Assembly (NCBI GenBank): GCA_038279365.1
Contig: JAYODI010000025.1
Coordinates: forward strand, 1 to 14,362
DNA from: Candidatus Latescibacterota bacterium
GTDB taxonomy: Bacteria > Latescibacterota > UBA2968
Direction: 5' to 3'
Length of the DNA stretch: 14,362 nt
This document shows positions 7,996 through 14,362 of the stretch, piece by piece; positions within the stretch are counted from its first letter, which is position 1, and each line of letters begins with the position of its first letter. Below the pieces are notes generated by a model. That model ran no database searches. It was not told the DNA's origin and worked only from the letters and a program-made list of their open reading frames with translations. The position numbers were made by a program, and so were the translations under genes.

Positions 7996-9872
7996 GTTGG
8001 CAATCGATTTACAGTTCCAAAATGGTGACAGCCTCAGAAGCCGTGGCGCATATCAAGCGTGGACAACGGGTTTTTATTGGGTCTGGTGCTGCAGAACCAC
8101 AAGCTTTGGTTGCGGCTTTGGCAGATCGTGGGGCCGATTTGGCCGACAATCAGTTGATTCATATTCGCAGTTTGGGCATTGCACCTTATACCGAATCAAA
8201 GTTTTCAGACAAATTTCGATACAATACGTTTTTTATTGGTGACAGTGTGCGTTCTGCGGTTGCAGATGGTATGGCCGATTATACACCCATTTTTCTTTCC
8301 GAAGTACCTGCACTTTTTCGGTCGGGAAAGGCCCCAATTGATGTGGCATTGATTCAAGTGACACCGCCCGATGCACATGGTTATTGCAGTTATGGTGTGT
8401 CTGTAGATATTGTGAAGTCGGCTGCTGAATCGGCCCGCATGGTTTTTGCCGAAGTAAATCCACAAATGCCTCGCACTTTGGGCGATTCATTCATCCATGT
8501 CAATAAACTCAATTTGTTAATCGAAAATGACACGCCCATTTTGGAATTGGAAGGCCATACTCCAGATGAAACGGCTCGCAGAGTGGGGCACCATATTGCC
8601 GAATTGGTTGAAGATGGATCGACCTTGCAAATGGGTATTGGCACCATTCCCGATTCGGTGTTATATGAGCTGACCGATCGCAAAAACTTAGGTGTACATT
8701 CAGAAATGTTTTCTGATGGCATTATGCAACTTATCGAAAAAGGTGTGGTTACAGGATCGCGAAAAACCATTCATCGCGGCAAGGTTGTGGCAAGTTTTGC
8801 ACTGGGGTCACGTAAGCTCTATGAGTTTATTCACGACAATCCAATGTTTGAATTTTACCCCAATGAATACAGCAATGATCCTTTTGTGATTGCACAAAAT
8901 GCCAAAATGGTGGCCATCAATTCTGCCTTAGAAGTGGATCTGTCAGGGCAGGTATGTTCCGATTCTTTGGGGCAGTATTTTTACAGTGGCATTGGTGGGC
9001 AAGTTGATTTTATTCGGGGCGCTGCTCGGTCTCAAGGTGGCAAGCCCATTATTGCATTGCCTTCTACGGTTTGGGTTGATGGCAAGCGAGAGTCGCGCAT
9101 TACGTCTATGCTCAAGCCAGGTGCAGGTGTGGTGACATCACGCGGTGACGTTCATTATGTGGTGACCGAATACGGTTCGGTGGATTTGCATGGGTTGTCT
9201 ATTCGAGAACGCGCATTGGCGCTTATTCATATTGCACATCCCGATTTTCGCGAAGATTTGATGCGTGAAGCTCGGGATCGCCATTTGGTTTATGCCGATC
9301 AAATCGTTGTGGAAGAAGTTGGCTTGGCAGAATTTGAAGCGTTAGAGACGCGATTTGAAGGGGCAAATGGAGATGTTATTTTGGTCAGACCCATTACGCC
9401 AACCGATGAACAACTGATACAAGATATGTTTTACCGATCTTCTGAGCAGACAATTTATATGCGTTTTTTTTCGTCTCTCAAGTCGTTGCCGCACAAACAA
9501 GCGCAGTTGTTTGTGGATGTGGATAACCGGCAGCATTTGGCATTGGCGGCCACTGTTCATGAGGCCGAACGCGAAGTGATTGTAGGTGTGGGGCGTTACC
9601 ATTTGGATCCGGCAACCAATTATGCCGATTGTGCTTTTATGGTGCGTGACGATTGGCAAGATCAAGGTATTGGTCGTTATCTGGTCAAGCGTCTTATTGA
9701 AGTGGCACGCCAATATGGTGTCAGTGGTTTTACGGCCGATGTGCTCATGCAAAATACAGCAATGATGCATGTGTTTCATCAATGTGCACCAGGTAAAATA
9801 GAAAGCCATATGGCAGACGGCAGTTACCATTTGTCGTTTTCATTTATGACCGATGATCAGGAAGATGAGTGA
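7992..9872 (+). CDS. Acetyl-CoA hydrolase/CoA-transferase (family I, 4-hydroxybutyrate CoA-transferase-like) fused to a C-terminal GNAT acetyltransferase
   Basis: True start is the ATG at 7992, overlapping the upstream TGA (ATGA), giving 626 aa. Motifs ADYTPIFLSEVP, PPDAHGYCSYGVSVD, LQMGIGTIP, catalytic Glu in GVHSEMFSDG, SGIGGQVDF and ERALALIHIAHPDFRE. GNAT from about 9370 (VRPITPTD, YMRFF, VGVGRY, VRDDWQDQGIG, N.AM..VF). Confidence 0.93.
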   Translation: MSWQSIYSSKMVTASEAVAHIKRGQRVFIGSGAAEPQALVAALADRGADLADNQLIHIRSLGIAPYTESKFSDKFRYNTFFIGDSVRSAVADGMADYTPIFLSEVPALFRSGKAPIDVALIQVTPPDAHGYCSYGVSVDIVKSAAESARMVFAEVNPQMPRTLGDSFIHVNKLNLLIENDTPILELEGHTPDETARRVGHHIAELVEDGSTLQMGIGTIPDSVLYELTDRKNLGVHSEMFSDGIMQLIEKGVVTGSRKTIHRGKVVASFALGSRKLYEFIHDNPMFEFYPNEYSNDPFVIAQNAKMVAINSALEVDLSGQVCSDSLGQYFYSGIGGQVDFIRGAARSQGGKPIIALPSTVWVDGKRESRITSMLKPGAGVVTSRGDVHYVVTEYGSVDLHGLSIRERALALIHIAHPDFREDLMREARDRHLVYADQIVVEEVGLAEFEALETRFEGANGDVILVRPITPTDEQLIQDMFYRSSEQTIYMRFFSSLKSLPHKQAQLFVDVDNRQHLALAATVHEAEREVIVGVGRYHLDPATNYADCAFMVRDDWQDQGIGRYLVKRLIEVARQYGVSGFTADVLMQNTAMMHVFHQCAPGKIESHMADGSYHLSFSFMTDDQEDE

Positions 9873-9991
9873 GTTTTTGGGTGGGGCACGTGTGTCAACG
9901 TTTGACACCAAACGGGAAATGCGAAATCCCATTGTAAGTTAAAAGACAAAATAATAAAAATGGGTTCGTGTTTTTAAGCGGATATACGTGT

Positions 9992-10024
9992 CGCATCCAA
10001 GCAGGTTTGGGTGCGTTTTTTTTT
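9992..10024 (+). terminator. Rho-independent terminator (end of acyl-CoA operon, or attenuator ahead of the pyrophosphatase)
   Basis: CGCATCCAAG-CAGG-TTTGGGTGCG forms a 10-bp stem with two G-U pairs, followed by 9 T (10016-10024). Confidence 0.7.
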
Positions 10025-10146
10025 AGCTTCAATCAAGATTAAAAAACGGCCCCAAATTTTGGAGATGGTTTTTAAAAACACACCGCAGCAAGATATACAA
10101 GTCGTTGTGTTTGATTCCATTTATCCATTTATGACAGGAGGGCAAG

Positions 10147-12228
10147 ATGCAACCCTTATTTGCACCAGGATTGGGCATTGTTGGTTTGCTGTTTGCCGGG
10201 TTAACGTATCGTTATGTGATATCTCAACCGAGTGGTACAACGCGTATGCAAGAGATTGGAGATGCAATTCATGAAGGTGCAATGGCCTTTTTGAAGCGTG
10301 AGTATTCTGTTTTGTCTGTATTTGTGGTGGTGGTGGGTGCCCTGTTAGGATGGGGCATTGGTTTGATGACGGCCATTTCATTTGTAGGGGGCGCTATTTG
10401 CTCTGTTTTTGCAGGGTATATTGGCATGCAAGCGGCCACGCACGCCAATGTGCGAACCACATTTGCCGCCAATCAAGAAGGGCAAGGAAAAGCACTAAAT
10501 ATTGCGTTTTCGGGGGGGGCTGTTATGGGCCTTGCTGTGGCCAGTTTGGGGTTGTTTGGGGTGGGGGCTTTGTTTCACTTTTTTGGTAGCGCCCCCCGCC
10601 GCCCCGGGGCCCCCCCGGCCCCCCCCGCGCCCGGGGTTTTGTTTCACTTTTTTGGTAGCCCCAGCCAAGCGCACGTTATTAATGGATTTGCTATGGGGGC
10701 CAGTTCTATTGCGTTGTTTGCGCGCGTAGGTGGTGGGATTTATACCAAAACTGCTGATGTGGGTGCAGATTTGGTGGGCAAAGTAGAGGCGGGTATCCCC
10801 GAAGATGACCCCCGGAATCCGGCGACAATTGCAGATAATGTGGGTGACAATGTGGGGGATGTTGCGGGTATGGGAGCCGATATTTTTGAATCGTATGTAG
10901 GGTCTATTGTGGCGACGATTGCGATTGCTGCCACAGCGGGTGTTTCTTTGCTCGAAAAATTAAATGGCGGGGTTGTGGCCGATGAGATGGCGGTAAGATT
11001 GGTCGCGATGCAATTGCCTTTGTTTGTTGTGATGATTGGATTGGTTGCCTCCCTTGTTGGTGTGGCGTCTATTCGCATATTGCAATCGCTCAGCCCCGAA
11101 TCCGCCTTGCGATATGCCACCTATATTGCGGCCGTGATCATGTTGGTCGGCACCTATGTTGTTGTTGGAAAAGTTGGGCTTTCTCAAAATATATTCCATG
11201 CCATTCTTGCCGGATGTGTGGCAGGAATCGTTATTGGTTTGTTAACCGAATACTATACGGGGGCAGGCCCCGTACTGCGCATTGCAAAAGCGTCTGAAAC
11301 TGGGCCAGCAACCAATATCATTGCAGGTTTGGCCGTGGGGATGGAAAGTGCCGCTTTGCCAGTTATGGGAATTTGTGCTGCCATAGGTATATCTTTTCAT
11401 TTTGCAGGGCTATATGGCATTGGAATCGCCGCTGTGGGAATGCTTTCCACGGTTGGTGTGACTATGGCCGTTGATGCATATGGCCCTATTGCAGATAATG
11501 CCGGGGGCGTTTCTGAAATGGCTGGTCTGGGTGTCGAAACGCGTAAGATTACAGATAGCTTGGATTCTTTGGGCAATACAACTGCGGCCATTGGCAAAGG
11601 ATTTGCCATTGGTTCTGCGGCCTTAACAGCGCTGGCTTTGTTTTCGGCATATACGGCGGCAGTGGGGTTGGATTCGATTGATTTGACCAACCCAATGGTG
11701 GTCATTGGGCTGTTCATTGGTGGCGTGATTCCATTTTTGGTTGCGGCACAAACCATGACCAGTGTTGGAAATGCGGCCTTTAAGATGGTTGAGGAAGTAC
11801 GTCGCCAATTTAGAGAAATTCCAGGTCTTATGGAAGGTACGGCAAAACCTGATACGCGCCGATGTGTGGATATCAGTACCATAGCGGCGCTTAAAGAAAT
11901 GGTTGCACCAGGGTTGCTCGCGGTTAGCTCTCCCGTTGTGGTCGGATTTGCTTTGGGGGCGGAAGCATTAGGTGGGTTTTTAGCTGGAGCAACACTTTCT
12001 GGGGTGTTGTTGGCATTAATGATGTCAAACAGTGGTGGTGCTTTAGACAATGGGAAAAAATGGATTGAAGAAGGCCATTTAGGCGGTAAGGGATCTGGGG
12101 CACATAAGGCCGCTGTTGTGGGGGATACGGTGGGAGATCCTTTAAAGGATACATCTGGGCCTTCTATGAATATTTTGGTCAAATTGATGTCTGTGGTGGC
12201 GTTGGTTTTGGCACCTTTGTTGGTTTAA
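10147..12228 (+). CDS. hppA: Membrane-integral pyrophosphatase, K+-dependent, probably Na+-translocating
   Basis: AGGAGG RBS. Signatures [84 protein letters not shown] and [14 protein letters not shown]. Many TM helices. Confidence 0.96.
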   Translation: MQPLFAPGLGIVGLLFAGLTYRYVISQPSGTTRMQEIGDAIHEGAMAFLKREYSVLSVFVVVVGALLGWGIGLMTAISFVGGAICSVFAGYIGMQAATHANVRTTFAANQEGQGKALNIAFSGGAVMGLAVASLGLFGVGALFHFFGSAPRRPGAPPAPPAPGVLFHFFGSPSQAHVINGFAMGASSIALFARVGGGIYTKTADVGADLVGKVEAGIPEDDPRNPATIADNVGDNVGDVAGMGADIFESYVGSIVATIAIAATAGVSLLEKLNGGVVADEMAVRLVAMQLPLFVVMIGLVASLVGVASIRILQSLSPESALRYATYIAAVIMLVGTYVVVGKVGLSQNIFHAILAGCVAGIVIGLLTEYYTGAGPVLRIAKASETGPATNIIAGLAVGMESAALPVMGICAAIGISFHFAGLYGIGIAAVGMLSTVGVTMAVDAYGPIADNAGGVSEMAGLGVETRKITDSLDSLGNTTAAIGKGFAIGSAALTALALFSAYTAAVGLDSIDLTNPMVVIGLFIGGVIPFLVAAQTMTSVGNAAFKMVEEVRRQFREIPGLMEGTAKPDTRRCVDISTIAALKEMVAPGLLAVSSPVVVGFALGAEALGGFLAGATLSGVLLALMMSNSGGALDNGKKWIEEGHLGGKGSGAHKAAVVGDTVGDPLKDTSGPSMNILVKLMSVVALVLAPLLV
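10569..10659 (+). repeat. 22-bp exact direct repeat flanking a pure G/C tract inside hppA
   Basis: TTTGTTTCACTTTTTTGGTAGC at 10569-10590 and 10638-10659 (offset 69 nt). 10591-10636 contains only G and C. Confidence 0.95.
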
Positions 12229-12333
12229 CTTTATGTTGAGTCGATCCATTTGTTGTGATATCTTTAACTTGTGTGGTCCCCTATGTTCTGGGGGAGAAAT
12301 GATTTTAATGTAACGCGAAAGAGGAGGATGGTC

Positions 12334-12717
12334 ATGATGTATACTGGCATAGAGCACACAGCCATTGCGGCAAATGATACGACCGCATTGGCAAAATGGT
12401 ATTGTGAAACATTTGGTTTTTCAATTGCATACCAAAACCAAAAAGAACCTCCCACATTTTTTGTGAAGTTAGGTCAAAGTTTGCTTGAACTGATCCCTGC
12501 TGGTGATACTGAGCGTGTGCCACGCGAAAACGCCGATCCTGGGTTGAGCCACTTTGCAATTTCTGTAGATAATTTCGATGCCGCTGTGGCCGCACTTGCA
12601 GGCAAAGGCATTGAAGTGACTGGTATTCGCGAAGCGAGTGGGGGCGTAAAAGTTGGTTTTGTTGCAGACATAGAAGACAACGCATTACAGATTATTAGCC
12701 GTCCAAATCCGCTTTAA
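12334..12717 (+). CDS. VOC (glyoxalase/bleomycin resistance/epimerase) family protein
   Basis: GAGGAGG (12321-12327) points to the ATG at 12334 (or 12337), not 12271. Motifs GIEHTAIA..D...LAKWY...FGF, LLELI, GLSHFAISVDNFDAAVAAL...G and FVADIEDNALQII. Confidence 0.88.
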   Translation: MMYTGIEHTAIAANDTTALAKWYCETFGFSIAYQNQKEPPTFFVKLGQSLLELIPAGDTERVPRENADPGLSHFAISVDNFDAAVAALAGKGIEVTGIREASGGVKVGFVADIEDNALQIISRPNPL

Positions 12718-12730
12718 ACAGGGAGGGGAC

Positions 12731-13348
12731 ATGTTGGGCAAATACCGTACGATATTGATGTTTGGTGAGCCTGGGTGTGGCAAAGGCACACAAGGGAAGG
12801 TGTTGGGTGACTTACCTGGTTTTTTTCATTTGTCGTGTGGTGATGTGTTTCGCACACTCAACCCAAACAGCGAGTTGGGGCGTGTGTTTTTAGAATATTC
12901 GAGCAATGGCAAATTGGTGCCCGATTCATTTACTGTGAAGTTGTGGTTAGAGCATATCAAGCGGTTGGTCGATACCCATCAATTTTGTCCAGAAGCAGAT
13001 ATTTTGGTATTGGATGGTATTCCTCGCAATCGTTTGCAAGCAGAAATGATGGACGATTATATTGATGTGGTGATGTTGTTGTATTTGGAAGCAACTGATG
13101 AAGAGGCCCTTATTCGGCGCATAAAGCGCAGGGCTTTGCACGAAAACCGATTGGATGATGCCAACGAATCAGTGATTCGCAATCGGTTTAGGGCTTACCA
13201 CACCGAAACAGCGCCAGTGTTGCAACATTATCCGCCCGACTTAATTCACAAAGTGGATGCCAATCGTTCGCCCATTGAAGTTTTGAAGGGCATGATTGGG
13301 CATGTGGAATCGGTGATTCTGGGGGTGGAAAAATCTGTCGTGATGTAG
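12731..13348 (+). CDS. adk: Adenylate kinase family nucleoside monophosphate kinase (short LID)
   Basis: GGGAGGGG RBS. P-loop GEPGCGKGTQ, HLSCGDVFR, GKLVPD, LDGIPRN, short lid RRALHENRLDD and IRNRFRAYHTETAPV. Confidence 0.88.
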   Translation: MLGKYRTILMFGEPGCGKGTQGKVLGDLPGFFHLSCGDVFRTLNPNSELGRVFLEYSSNGKLVPDSFTVKLWLEHIKRLVDTHQFCPEADILVLDGIPRNRLQAEMMDDYIDVVMLLYLEATDEEALIRRIKRRALHENRLDDANESVIRNRFRAYHTETAPVLQHYPPDLIHKVDANRSPIEVLKGMIGHVESVILGVEKSVVM

Positions 13349-13358
13349 ATGAATGGCG

Positions 13359-13408
13359 CACACAAAAAAGCACACCCTATTTTTCTACGGGGTGTGCTTT
13401 TTTGTGTG
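13359..13408. terminator. Rho-independent terminator, potentially bidirectional
   Basis: Perfect 19-bp inverted repeat CACACAAAAAAGCACACCC / GGGTGTGCTTTTTTGTGTG with a 12-nt loop and A6/T6 tracts, 10 nt after the adk stop. Confidence 0.9.
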
Positions 13409-13558
13409 GTGGGTGGCAGTTAAGAGATCTTTGTGTGTTAGGAATGGCACCCAAAGATGCGACACGCCTTTTTTTGATCTGCGAAGTTTTTGGGTATTTG
13501 AGCCGAGTGTGTATATTATGGCAGAAAAGAAAGGGAAGGTGTCATTTTATGGAGGGAT

Positions 13559-14065
13559 GTGGTGGATAATAATGACCTGTTGATCTCGTTTTATAACGAT
13601 TTAGAAGCCGATGTTGTGCCCTATGAGAACCACCACAAAGACCGACTCCAATGTAAAAAAGGGTGCTCTGATTGCTGTGTGGATGACATGACCGTATTTG
13701 AAATAGAAGCAAACCACATAGTCAAAAATTGTGCTCAGGTGCTACAAGAATCCCCTCATCCTGTGGGTGCTTGCGCTTTTTTAAATACCTTTGGTGTATG
13801 CCGTATTTATGCATATCGACCTTATGTTTGTCGTACGCAAGGGCTTCCATTGCGGTGGTTAGACGAGGTTGATGCGCAGATGGTGGAGTTTCGAGATATT
13901 TGTTCACTTAATGAAACGGAGGAACCGATAGAAATTTTGCCTGCAGATCAGTGCTGGGAGATTGGGCCTTATGAAGGGCGGTTGGCCATGTTGCAAATGC
14001 AAGCCGATGGTCGTAAAATGCGTCGGGTTTCTTTGCGTTCATTGTTTGAACGGGTGGATACATAA
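13559..14065 (+). CDS. YkgJ family cysteine-cluster protein (CxxxCxxCC; putative Zn or Fe-S binding)
   Basis: GGAGGGA RBS before a GTG start. Motifs CKKGCSDCC, CAFL and CRIYAYRPYVCRTQGLP, plus a further C-terminal CSLN. Confidence 0.88.
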   Translation: MVDNNDLLISFYNDLEADVVPYENHHKDRLQCKKGCSDCCVDDMTVFEIEANHIVKNCAQVLQESPHPVGACAFLNTFGVCRIYAYRPYVCRTQGLPLRWLDEVDAQMVEFRDICSLNETEEPIEILPADQCWEIGPYEGRLAMLQMQADGRKMRRVSLRSLFERVDT

Positions 14066-14362
14066 ATGCATAAAGACGGGAAGTTGTGGGTGGCGGTGAT
14101 TTTGCCTTTGATGGTATGGTTTGCGCCTGTTCATATGTTGCCCTTAGAAGGCATGACGGTTGTTGAACAGCGGTTGTTGGCCATTTTTGTGATGGCGGCT
14201 TTGTTTTGGGTGTTAGAACCTATACCTGTTTTTGCGACGTCATTGTTGATTGTGGTGTGCGAATTGGTGTTGGTTTCTGATAAGGGGTTTGTTTACGCAA
14301 TTGCAGGTATTGATCCTGCATCACTGTTAAGCTATCGCGATATTTTGGGCACCTTTGCTGCG
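14066..14362 (+). CDS. DASS/SLC13 family anion (dicarboxylate/sulfate/phosphate):Na+ symporter, N-terminal part (3' truncated)
   Basis: ATG directly follows the YkgJ stop (TAAATG) and the frame is open to the window end. Translation MHKDGKLWVAVILPLMVWFAP...EQRLLAIFVMAALFWVLEPIPVFATSLLI...LLSYRDILGTFAA contains the DASS-type W..E.IP...TSL motif. Missing from the ORF track because it has no stop in the window. Confidence 0.85.
   Translation, partial: MHKDGKLWVAVILPLMVWFAPVHMLPLEGMTVVEQRLLAIFVMAALFWVLEPIPVFATSLLIVVCELVLVSDKGFVYAIAGIDPASLLSYRDILGTFAA

Noticed and set aside
9902-9935. TTGACA as a sigma70 -35 element for hppA
   Set aside because: There is no acceptable -10 hexamer 16-18 nt downstream, and the TTGACA is one arm of a palindrome.
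10011-10274. 87-aa ORF overlapping the hppA start
   Set aside because: It begins within the terminator, has no RBS and overlaps hppA out of frame.
10569-10659. Mobile element or CRISPR interpretation of the direct repeat
   Set aside because: Only two copies, a low-complexity spacer, no terminal inverted repeats, and no transposase or cas genes in the window.
11397-12182. 261-aa minus-strand ORF
   Set aside because: It lies wholly antisense to well-conserved hppA and has the Pro/Thr/Ala/Ser-rich composition of a shadow frame, with no recognisable motifs.
13445-13460. Sigma54-like TGGCAC...ATGC before the YkgJ gene
   Set aside because: GG-to-GC spacing is 11 nt rather than the required 10.
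13353-13583. 76-aa ORF between adk and the YkgJ gene
   Set aside because: It runs through the terminator hairpin and has no RBS or recognisable motif.

Overview
Gene-dense bacterial chromosomal window with no mobile element, CRISPR array or rRNA/tRNA gene that I can see. In order: the C-terminal part of a penicillin/AHL-acylase-type Ntn hydrolase; a secreted beta-propeller-like protein of unknown function; a divergent single-domain response regulator; a membrane histidine kinase with an extracytoplasmic c-type heme (CxxCH, DUF3365/Tll0287-like) domain; and an NtrC-family sigma54 activator. After a strong terminator comes an apparently complete sigma54 promoter: two tandem palindromic activator sites, an IHF-like site and a -24/-12 box. 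It appears to drive an operon made of an unannotated 40-aa membrane peptide (below the ORF-track cutoff), an ADP-forming acyl-CoA ligase with both catalytic His, and a translationally coupled CoA-transferase-GNAT fusion. Downstream are a K+-dependent (probably Na+-pumping) membrane pyrophosphatase carrying a suspicious 69-nt GC-rich insertion, a VOC protein, a short-LID adenylate kinase, a YkgJ-type Cys-cluster protein and the start of a DASS/SLC13 transporter. The best candidate for an undescribed system is the heme-sensor/sigma54-controlled module of small membrane peptide, ACD and CoA-transferase-GNAT (2404-9872). All family calls come from motif recognition by eye, not from database searches.
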